Program-made: the position numbers and the translations under genes
Notes under the pieces: model-generated
Told to the model about the DNA's origin: nothing
Database searches by the model: none
The model's input: the letters and a program-made list of their open reading frames with translations, nothing else
Part shown: positions 41,389 to 49,325 of the stretch, piece after piece
Layout of the letters: each line of letters starts with the position of its first letter
Numbering within the stretch: position 1 is the first letter of the stretch
From: Candidatus Woesearchaeota archaeon
GTDB lineage: Archaea; Nanobdellota; Nanobdellia; Woesearchaeales; GW2011-AR4
Direction of reading: 5' to 3'
DNA length: 64,000 nucleotides
Assembly (NCBI GenBank): GCA_016177615.1
Contig: JACOUX010000012.1
Location: forward strand, 17,104-81,103

Positions 41389-43671
41389 ATGCTAGCGCCA
41401 TTTGCTTTGATCAGCGAGGATGCACAAAACTATCTTATTAGCTTCCATGTAGTAAGGGAAGCATTTAGAAGAGGGGAGCTTCCGCCTCAAGAGTTAATGG
41501 ATTTTCTTTATGAATGGAGAGAAGCAGGACTCCTTTCAGAAGCCTATGCAGAGGAAGCCAGGCACAGCGAAAAGAATCTTGAAAGGATAATACAGCTTGC
41601 CGTCAGCGCGGTGAGCCGTGATACAAAATCCAGGACTAAGAAAACTGTTTTGACTGCTGACGGTGAAAAAGAAGCTGATTCGTACGAGCATGGTCATACT
41701 TCAAACATATATTATATCTTAAAGAGGATAAAGGAAGAAGCTGATTTTTGGCTTAAATCCATCGCAACGATAAACGACCAGTCAGAAACGGGCGCATTTG
41801 ACCAGAAGGGCTTCAGAATAATTGTTGAAAGCCCTAAAGCAAGGGAGTTCCGGTCCAGGAGGGGCTTTGAAGATTTAAGCAAAGAAGAAAAAGAAAGGTT
41901 CAAAGCCTTATTTCATGGATTAAAATTCTCCGAGCTTTCATCTCATGAAAAGGAAAAATTTTACAAAGCTTTTACAGTTGAGTACATGGGCCTGACAGAT
42001 GGTGAAAAGAGAAAATACAAAGCCAATTTCCAGGAATCACACAGAAAAATGTGTTTGGATCTTGCTAGCAGGATTGCAAGAGCCAGAATGTACGACACTA
42101 TACCCATAAACCCGCATTACATGAGACTGGACAATCTTGAAATGAGAGTCCAAAGGCAGGTTATTGGTGATCCCAACGGAAAAATGCTTCTTGAATTTGA
42201 ATACTTATTGAACAGGGGTAAAGGCAGCGATATCGGGTTTTATGAAACTCTGCTCCATCTGCTCCAAAAAGCTTCCCAGCAGGTACTAAGCAAAAACGGG
42301 AGAACTGCAGAATATATTGATCTCGCAGGAAGAAAAGCATATCTTGTAAATCTTGGAAATCTTGTAGTAAATTTTCATTTTTACGAAAGCTCTGATTCAT
42401 TTTCAGGCTTGGATATAGAAAACTTATCAGAAATCATTGATAAACGCTACAGAACCGCATTGAAAAGATTTTCTGATAAAGATATGGGGAAAAGAGAAAC
42501 CAGAATAATGGAGTATACAAGAATTGGCATGGAGAATATTCCATTGGGGCTTTTTATTTTTCCTGAAACAACAACAACTGATCTTATGAGCAAGTATCCT
42601 GACATGAAATTTGACGAATCGCATACCTTCGATACTTTCATCAAAGATCGAATTGGGCCAAATGCCGAGTCAAATGGGTATGAAAATCTGAAGCTTTTCC
42701 TGTCTTTTAACTCAACTACAAAAGAGATAAGCGGGGAGTGCCAGATAAGAGACACGATAATGGATTATGATGCCGAATTTGGAGTGGCATCCAAGTTCAG
42801 GACAGTGGAAGGCCACATATCCGAAAAGATACGAAGGTCAAAAAGAGGCGTTGCGGTTATTAGCGATAAGGATATTGAATTTGGCAATGCTTTTTTTCTC
42901 TCTGGGGAAGAAAACAATCAAATGTTTTCCCGAATTTATTCTGATTTCTACGCGAGATCTATTTTGGAGATTGCAGAAGAGATTGCAAAAATAGAGGTTA
43001 TAACAAAAGAGCAAAAGAAATTTAAAGATTTGTTTGAAAGAATCATATGTTTATACGCCGAGGCCAAAGACCGGGTAAACCCAAATGATTTTGAGTTAGT
43101 ATCTTCGTCCATAAACTCAGTTTTTGTTAAATATGTAAGGGAGCGTGGCATTGGCATACTTTCTTACCATGACAGCCTTTGGGAGATCAATGAAAAATTC
43201 AGGAAAGTTGCAGATCTTGGCGCTAAGCTTAATGTTTTTGCTGCCATAACAGATTTGGACGAGGTTATGCACAGAAGGCATATCGACATGCTGTATAATT
43301 CTTTCATTCAGATGTCCGCAAGTGCGAGCGAGCACAATGCCGTTACCTCGCTTGCTTTGGAAACACTGATTATGAATTATAATAAACGTTATGGAAATCA
43401 TGTTCCTACAAGCGTGCAAAACGCATATAGGCAAAGGATGCAGGAATTTTTCGAATCGGCAGGATGGAGGCTTTTGAAATTTGGAGGCAAGAATGTGGGG
43501 CATTTGCCACATAAACTTCATAAAAATATGAGCCCTCAGAAGACCAGGCAATTGATTTCTGAAGGCGGAATTGATGTCTCAGCAGAGAGCCCTTTGATGC
43601 AGTTTGATGCTGAGACTATTGGAAATATGGAGAGGATATATCGGATATTCCAAGGATACTTGAAGAAGTAA
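41389..43671 (+). CDS. Hypothetical large protein with a divergent RelA/SpoT-type (RSH) nucleotide pyrophosphokinase-like core split by a ~285-aa insertion
   Basis: ATG at 41389 with GAGGAG ~9 nt upstream; the track start is a TTG at 41371. Four colinear RSH synthetase motifs, described in the findings. Confidence 0.6.
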   Translation: MLAPFALISEDAQNYLISFHVVREAFRRGELPPQELMDFLYEWREAGLLSEAYAEEARHSEKNLERIIQLAVSAVSRDTKSRTKKTVLTADGEKEADSYEHGHTSNIYYILKRIKEEADFWLKSIATINDQSETGAFDQKGFRIIVESPKAREFRSRRGFEDLSKEEKERFKALFHGLKFSELSSHEKEKFYKAFTVEYMGLTDGEKRKYKANFQESHRKMCLDLASRIARARMYDTIPINPHYMRLDNLEMRVQRQVIGDPNGKMLLEFEYLLNRGKGSDIGFYETLLHLLQKASQQVLSKNGRTAEYIDLAGRKAYLVNLGNLVVNFHFYESSDSFSGLDIENLSEIIDKRYRTALKRFSDKDMGKRETRIMEYTRIGMENIPLGLFIFPETTTTDLMSKYPDMKFDESHTFDTFIKDRIGPNAESNGYENLKLFLSFNSTTKEISGECQIRDTIMDYDAEFGVASKFRTVEGHISEKIRRSKRGVAVISDKDIEFGNAFFLSGEENNQMFSRIYSDFYARSILEIAEEIAKIEVITKEQKKFKDLFERIICLYAEAKDRVNPNDFELVSSSINSVFVKYVRERGIGILSYHDSLWEINEKFRKVADLGAKLNVFAAITDLDEVMHRRHIDMLYNSFIQMSASASEHNAVTSLALETLIMNYNKRYGNHVPTSVQNAYRQRMQEFFESAGWRLLKFGGKNVGHLPHKLHKNMSPQKTRQLISEGGIDVSAESPLMQFDAETIGNMERIYRIFQGYLKK

Positions 43672-43697
43672 GCTTAATTTTTATCATTCAAAATAAA

Positions 43698-44312
43698 ATG
43701 AAATTAATAATAACTTCCAATTCATCTATAGACATGATTGCTGCTGAGCTAAATGGAAATGAGCCAGGGCTAGTGGTGTTGCCAGAAGGCTGTTGGGATG
43801 GAAATGAAAGGGTTCCTGATGAATTTATAGATGCAACACGTGAGCGTCGTGTGAGCATAATTGGAACCATGTGCACTGGGCAAGGCTATGATGTTGCTTA
43901 TTTGTTGAAGGGCGGCTCAGTAAAACCTGTGGCTATATACTTCCAAGGGCTGGGAGAAACTACAAAATCCGGCATATTAAGAATGCATGCAGAATTTGAA
44001 GCGCCGCATGATGTCTCTCCCACCAATGACCCAATTCTGGCAATCATCAGGCAGTGCAGCGAAATCTATAGCGGCTCTGCTCCCAGCAACCGCAAAGTAG
44101 ACTTGCTTTGTGTGCCTTCCTCGATAGACCATGCGCTGCATGATGGCACAAGAAAAATAATAGTAGACAATCATAGAGCAAGCGTTTCCGAAAGAACCCT
44201 GATGTTGCAGCCAGTGTTGTCTGACATTTACGGAAGCGGAATTTTCAGGCTTCCGGATTTTAAGAGATTTGGAGAGCAAAAAGACCAGTATATAGTGCAT
44301 AGTTATAGTTAA
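43698..44312 (+). CDS. Hypothetical protein with weak carbon-nitrogen hydrolase (nitrilase-superfamily)-like motif order
   Basis: GLVVLPEG (Glu motif), YDVAYLLKGGSVKPVAIY (Lys-region analogue), ILAIIRQCSEIY (Cys motif) and VDLLCVPSS follow the order and spacing of the CN-hydrolase fold. The protein is short (204 aa) and the Lys is uncertain. Confidence 0.45.
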   Translation: MKLIITSNSSIDMIAAELNGNEPGLVVLPEGCWDGNERVPDEFIDATRERRVSIIGTMCTGQGYDVAYLLKGGSVKPVAIYFQGLGETTKSGILRMHAEFEAPHDVSPTNDPILAIIRQCSEIYSGSAPSNRKVDLLCVPSSIDHALHDGTRKIIVDNHRASVSERTLMLQPVLSDIYGSGIFRLPDFKRFGEQKDQYIVHSYS

Positions 44313-44761
44313 ACCATAATCCTTCTAGTCTTGCTCACATAATTCAATATCCTCCCATTGGAATATTTCCCGCTTCCAAGAAAATCATTCTTGTTTTTAA
44401 GGATTACAAAGCCGCTACAATCATTGCATTCCTTCTCCAAATTCTCACCTTTAAACCATCTTTTAGCTTCTTCTTCGTCAAGCTCAACTATATTTTTCGT
44501 CGCATGAAGTCCGATAATCTGGCTGCCTTCAATGCTTAGCCTTATTCCAAGCTTGTCCATCTCGCAGAAGTACATGCCTGCAGAGTTCAAACGAAGTTTT
44601 GAAGTGTCTATTTTTGAGATGTCTTTGCTTACTATAAAAACCCTGTTCTTATTGTTTTGAAGAAACCCGCAATCCAGCTTTATTTTTGTGCCCCACTGCT
44701 CCTCGATTAATTCATAAATTTCTTTTATATCCTTATTGTTCAGTATTTTTAATTCAGGCAT
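44309..44761 (-). CDS. NIP7-like / PUA-domain ribosome-biogenesis protein (UPF0113-like)
   Basis: About 150 aa. The N-terminal domain is followed by a PUA-like C-terminus (GFVILKNKNDFLGSGKYSNGRILNYV). Lies downstream of aIF5B. Confidence 0.55.
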   Translation of the reverse strand: MPELKILNNKDIKEIYELIEEQWGTKIKLDCGFLQNNKNRVFIVSKDISKIDTSKLRLNSAGMYFCEMDKLGIRLSIEGSQIIGLHATKNIVELDEEEAKRWFKGENLEKECNDCSGFVILKNKNDFLGSGKYSNGRILNYVSKTRRIMV

Positions 44762-44798
44762 TTTATCAACGCTTTGTCAATTAATATAAATCAGTTTT

Positions 44799-46565
44799 TC
44801 AGACTCCCCACATCGGGTTTTGCTTTCGCATGATCTCAGCAACCTCTTTCAGTATTTCAATCTCGTCATGTGACAAAAGGTTTTTGTGCTCCTTGAATTT
44901 CCTGAAATGTTCCTCGGGGATAGCCGAATACAATACATCATCCTCATGGATTTGCCTTCCGACAGTCACATTCGGCAATGATACTGCTACCTGTTTGCCC
45001 TTCTCCGCTTTTTCGATGGTTTCCTGCTCGTGCTGGATGCTCTTGGCTTCTGTCGTGGCAGAACCGTCTTGCTTTATCAAAGGGGTTCCTGCCTTCAGGG
45101 TGCCTGCCAAAACCTCAACGCCGACTACAGCAGGATTGCTCTGCCTGAAAACGTATCCTCTCAATATCTTTAGCCTGCATGGCCTGTAAAGATTTTCAAG
45201 CTCTTTGCCCTCCATTTTTTCCTTCTCATCAAGCTGCCATTTTTCGAAATCGTCTATAAGCTGGTAGATTACGTTGTGGCATATAACCTTAACATTTTCA
45301 GGGGCTTTGACATAGGGAATAAGCTGCACATTGAATCCAAGGATAGCGCTCTGAAGTGGATTTTTTTCATAATTGATCTCAGCGTCCGAGACGTCATTTT
45401 TTGATATGTCTCCTATGGAAGCCTTTTTTATCTCTATCCCTCTTTCCTTGAGCATTTTAATCAGCGCCTCCAAGGACCCAAGCGAATCTGCCTTGATTAC
45501 GATGCCCTGCCTGTCAGTCTCTATCAGCACCTCCCCAACTTCTTTCTTGATCTCTTCCTTTGTTTTATCAATATCCTCGGGCAGGCATCCCCTCAAAGGC
45601 ATGCCTGCAACTGCATTTTCAAGCTCGGGTGCCGATATTTTCACCCCAGATGCCGCATTTACCTCTTTTACGGGCATGAATTTCGCCTTTTTGTCCCGCA
45701 TCTCCGCAAGCGGGTCTGGCATGAAAAGCGCTTTTATCTTTGTTGCAATCGGCTGTCCAAGTGACCCTATAACTATAGTCTCGTTTTGTTTTAAAGAGCC
45801 GTCGTAAATGATGGCGTCCACAGTCATTCCGAGCCCTTTTTCCTCTTTAACTTCCAGAACAGTCCCTTTTGCAAACCCAGTTACGTCAAATTTCAGGCTT
45901 TCTTCCAGAAACCTCTGGGAAAGGCCTGCAAGCACCATCAGCAGCTCAGGAAGCCCCTCGGCTGTTTTTGCCGAGGCCGGAATTATGGCTATCTGCTTTG
46001 TGTAATCCTCAATCCTGTCAAACCTCTCTGCATTAAAGCCCTGCTCGCTTATCTTTCCGACAGTCTCATAAAGCCTTTTCTCAAGGAGAAGCATAACATT
46101 TTCATTTTGCTTCTGTATGCAGTCGAGAATGCCTTCTTTCGGATTAGAACTCCAGCCGGGCAGCAGGTCGATTTTGTTCACGGCTATTATAAACGGGGTC
46201 TTGTACTGCTTCAGTATCTCGATGCATTCAACAGTCTGCTGCTTCACGCCCTCGTTGATGTCTATGACAAGGACTGCGATGTCAGCAAGGTTTCCGCCTC
46301 TTTTCCTGAGGTTGGTGAAGGCAGCATGGCCAGGAGTGTCAATAATCACAAAACCCGGTATCTTGATGTCTATCTTCCGCTTTTCAAGCAGGGTTCCGCA
46401 CACCTTTTTTATCGTTTCAAGAGGTATGAAAGAGCAACCGATGCACTGAGTTATCTTTCCCGGCTCTGACTCAACTATAGCGGTGCTTCTAATCGTATCA
46501 AGAAGCTGTGTTTTGCCGCTATCGACGTTGCCCATAACCGTAACAATTAAACTTCTGAGTTCCAT
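44799..46565 (-). CDS. infB: Translation initiation factor aIF5B (IF2-type GTPase)
   Basis: G1 VMGNVDSGKTQLLD, G3 IIDTPGHAAF, G4 AVNKIDL, then domains II-IV. G1 deviates from the usual GHVDHGKT. Confidence 0.92.
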   Translation of the reverse strand: MELRSLIVTVMGNVDSGKTQLLDTIRSTAIVESEPGKITQCIGCSFIPLETIKKVCGTLLEKRKIDIKIPGFVIIDTPGHAAFTNLRKRGGNLADIAVLVIDINEGVKQQTVECIEILKQYKTPFIIAVNKIDLLPGWSSNPKEGILDCIQKQNENVMLLLEKRLYETVGKISEQGFNAERFDRIEDYTKQIAIIPASAKTAEGLPELLMVLAGLSQRFLEESLKFDVTGFAKGTVLEVKEEKGLGMTVDAIIYDGSLKQNETIVIGSLGQPIATKIKALFMPDPLAEMRDKKAKFMPVKEVNAASGVKISAPELENAVAGMPLRGCLPEDIDKTKEEIKKEVGEVLIETDRQGIVIKADSLGSLEALIKMLKERGIEIKKASIGDISKNDVSDAEINYEKNPLQSAILGFNVQLIPYVKAPENVKVICHNVIYQLIDDFEKWQLDEKEKMEGKELENLYRPCRLKILRGYVFRQSNPAVVGVEVLAGTLKAGTPLIKQDGSATTEAKSIQHEQETIEKAEKGKQVAVSLPNVTVGRQIHEDDVLYSAIPEEHFRKFKEHKNLLSHDEIEILKEVAEIMRKQNPMWGV

Positions 46566-46597
46566 ATCAATCTTCCAGTAAGAAGTTATGATGATTT

Positions 46598-48007
46598 TTA
46601 AATATTGTTATCTTTGATTTCTCTTTCTATACTGTTATAGAAGTCCAACAATTTCTTCCCTTTTTCAGAAAGCGAATAGTGAATTCTATGTATTTGACCA
46701 GTAGTCTTAATTTTTGTTTTTAATAATCCGATTTTTCTATGTTTTGATAGAATTGTAATAACTGTAACTAAAGAAAGTTGTAGATGCTCAGATATTTTTT
46801 GATTAGTATCATAACCCATATAAACCGCCTTAAGGTATTTCAGAGGCACACGACATCCCCTACATTTAAGGAATTTGGAATAAAAGTAAAATTTCCTTCT
46901 TTTGTGAGTGATGGCGTTAAGAGCTACTATTTTTTCAAAACTGTTAAAATCGTGAATTAAAGCAGACCAACAGCCTTTTTTAGCTCTCTTGTCTTCTATT
47001 ATTTTGCTTGTCCTTATATTCAGATTGTTACAGATTTTCTTAAAAAATGCAATATTATTCTTGCTGTTGTTAGTGAAACTAATAGTATTTCCGGTATTAT
47101 TGATGCTAACGCCCATATCGCCTCTCGATAACCCCCTGAAAAATTTTAAGGAATTTTCCTTGCTCCTGAGAGCCATTCGCTTACTATGAAGAAATAGTTC
47201 ATACACTGTTTCTGCTAAAGCTGAATTGTATATATTTACAAGGCAAACTCCAAATTTATCATTAACCAACTTGTTATTTATTATCTTAATTTTTTCTTTT
47301 TTAAGCCCAGAATCTGCCCAATATTTGATTAGACTATCGCGATTTTTCTCATTGTAATTACGAACTAATACCTGTGCAGTCCATTCTGATTTTTCAATCT
47401 TAAAAAGATTTTCCACGGAATTAATAAACCATATAATTTGGTCTATTTCTGAACTGGAATATGATAACCTGTCCAAATGATTTCTGATTTTTCTTGCCTT
47501 AAATCCTTCGCAAAAATAACCACCAAATAATTCTAAGAAATCATAATCATTCCTAGCTAATGGTATACACTTAGGTAATATGCACCATTTGTTACCAGTA
47601 GAGTATATCCAAATTAATACTTTATCACCTAATTCAAACACATAGAAATTTTTATCTCTGATGGTCTTTTGAGGTAAAATATTAGGCAAATTTATTTCTC
47701 CATTGATTTCTCCAATTTCCAGTTTTAAATTAAATGTTAAAAACTCAAAATCTATATCAGATTTGATTTGCAAATTTTTACCAATAGTTTGCGGAATAGG
47801 AAAACCATACATAAATCTATTATGACTTGTATGTAATATTCTGATTATGGTTGGAAATATGTGTCCATTAATTCTTAATAAAATAGCACTGCTCTCTTTT
47901 AATTTTAAAAGCTTAGACTCATTTTGTTTCATAGTTGCAAAATAAGAGTGATACTGCTTATTTTTATTCATAATATACACTCTTGCTTTAAATTTCATCT
48001 TAATCAA
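46598..48007 (-). CDS. Free-standing LAGLIDADG-type homing-endonuclease-like protein with a C-terminal winged-helix domain
   Basis: Two degenerate LAGLIDADG-like motifs (FLELFGGYFCEGF and LKFFRGLSRGDMGV) separated by ~120 aa. C-terminal MarR-like wHTH (ISEHLQLSLVTVITILSKHRKIGLL...YSLSEKGKKLL). The gene is strongly AT-rich. Confidence 0.55.
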   Translation of the reverse strand: MIKMKFKARVYIMNKNKQYHSYFATMKQNESKLLKLKESSAILLRINGHIFPTIIRILHTSHNRFMYGFPIPQTIGKNLQIKSDIDFEFLTFNLKLEIGEINGEINLPNILPQKTIRDKNFYVFELGDKVLIWIYSTGNKWCILPKCIPLARNDYDFLELFGGYFCEGFKARKIRNHLDRLSYSSSEIDQIIWFINSVENLFKIEKSEWTAQVLVRNYNEKNRDSLIKYWADSGLKKEKIKIINNKLVNDKFGVCLVNIYNSALAETVYELFLHSKRMALRSKENSLKFFRGLSRGDMGVSINNTGNTISFTNNSKNNIAFFKKICNNLNIRTSKIIEDKRAKKGCWSALIHDFNSFEKIVALNAITHKRRKFYFYSKFLKCRGCRVPLKYLKAVYMGYDTNQKISEHLQLSLVTVITILSKHRKIGLLKTKIKTTGQIHRIHYSLSEKGKKLLDFYNSIEREIKDNNI

Positions 48008-48199
48008 TCTCCCAAAATTTTATCAAGATTTTGAAATAAAAGAAAAAAGAGAATTTAAAGCGTATCCTCTTTTTCAGTTTTACAAGAAGTTTTACTTTAT
48101 ATATTTTAGGCAGGGATGTCCAGTGCTTATTTTCAATATAGAAAAATAAATGTTTTGCGCAGCACAAGTTTTTTAATTAAACTGGCATTTACAGCTTTA

Positions 48200-49261
48200 A
48201 TGAAATTAATTATCAATGAATGCTTGGCAAGAATAAGGGCAGAAAGCCCGAAAATAGTCTCCAAAGAGATGGGCGTTTTCTACAATCATGTCATGAGCCT
48301 GAACAGGGACATATCAATCCTCCTATTGAATTCCATAAACAAAAGTGATATGCAGATAGCAGACCCTTTGGCTGCAAGCGGCGTAAGAAGCATAAGATTC
48401 CTTAAAGAGCTAAAGAAAGGCAAGTTGAAAAAAATATTCATCAATGACCATAATAAAGCTGCTGTCAGATCAATAAAAGAAAATTTATCTTTGAATAATA
48501 TAAATGTTAAAAATAATAAAATTGAAATAAAAGACCAGGATGCAAACCTGTTTTTGCTAAACTCAAAAGGGTTTGACTACATTGATATAGACCCATTTGG
48601 GAGCCCGAATTTCCTCCTTAACAATGCCATTGTCAGGCTTGCCAGGAACGGGATTCTTGCTGTGACTGCGACAGACACTTCTGCCTTGTGCGGCACTTTT
48701 CCAAATGCCTGCGTCAGAAAATACTGGGCTGTTCCGAAAAAAGGCGCATTGATGCACGAAATCGGGCTGAGAATCCTTATCAGGAAAGTCCAGCTGGTTG
48801 CCGCGCAGTTTGACAAGGCGCTGGTGCCGATATTCTCCTATGCAAAGGAGCACTACATGAGGGTTTTTTTGAAAAATAACAAGGGAAAAAATAAGGCTGA
48901 TGAAATCCTAAAACTGCATGGAATGCTTGGCGATGCGGGCCCTATGTGGCTCGGCAGATTGTGGTATGATAAATTGGCATCGGAAATCTGCAGCCAAGCA
49001 TTAAAAAATGAGCTTTTTAATAAGGACAAAGAGTTGATAAAATTCCTGAAAATAATAAAAGAAGAGTCAAAAATAGATGCAGTCGGGTTCTATGATGCCC
49101 ATGATATATGCGAAAAAAATAAAATAGGAAATCTTCAAAAAAAATCAGCCATTATTGAGGGGATAAGGAAATTGAGGTATTCTGCAAGCGAAACTCATTT
49201 CAAAGGAGAGGGGATAAGGAGCAATATCCCATATCAAAAGCTTTTAAGGATTATGAAATGA
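48200..49261 (+). CDS. trm1: tRNA (guanine26-N2)-dimethyltransferase Trm1
   Basis: VFYNHVMSLNRDISI, DPLAASGVRSIRF and DIDPFGSPNFLLNNAIVRLARNGILAVTATDTSALCG. I prefer the ATG at 48200, with an A/T box ~25 nt upstream. Confidence 0.88.
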   Translation: MKLIINECLARIRAESPKIVSKEMGVFYNHVMSLNRDISILLLNSINKSDMQIADPLAASGVRSIRFLKELKKGKLKKIFINDHNKAAVRSIKENLSLNNINVKNNKIEIKDQDANLFLLNSKGFDYIDIDPFGSPNFLLNNAIVRLARNGILAVTATDTSALCGTFPNACVRKYWAVPKKGALMHEIGLRILIRKVQLVAAQFDKALVPIFSYAKEHYMRVFLKNNKGKNKADEILKLHGMLGDAGPMWLGRLWYDKLASEICSQALKNELFNKDKELIKFLKIIKEESKIDAVGFYDAHDICEKNKIGNLQKKSAIIEGIRKLRYSASETHFKGEGIRSNIPYQKLLRIMK

Positions 49262-49325
49262 TCAAGATTTTTCATTGTAATTTGCTTATTAGGAAATAAT
49301 AGAGATATAGAGAACTTCGAAAAAG

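Noticed and set aside
46440-46601. An apparent extra base near 46500 when I hand-translated the aIF5B 5' end, which would break the frame after codon 22 and shift coordinates by 1.
   Set aside because: The supplied ORF track gives an intact 588-aa ORF. Its coordinates are internally consistent with flanking ORFs at 46107-46469 and at 48007. I attribute the discrepancy to my own base counting and do not report a frameshift.
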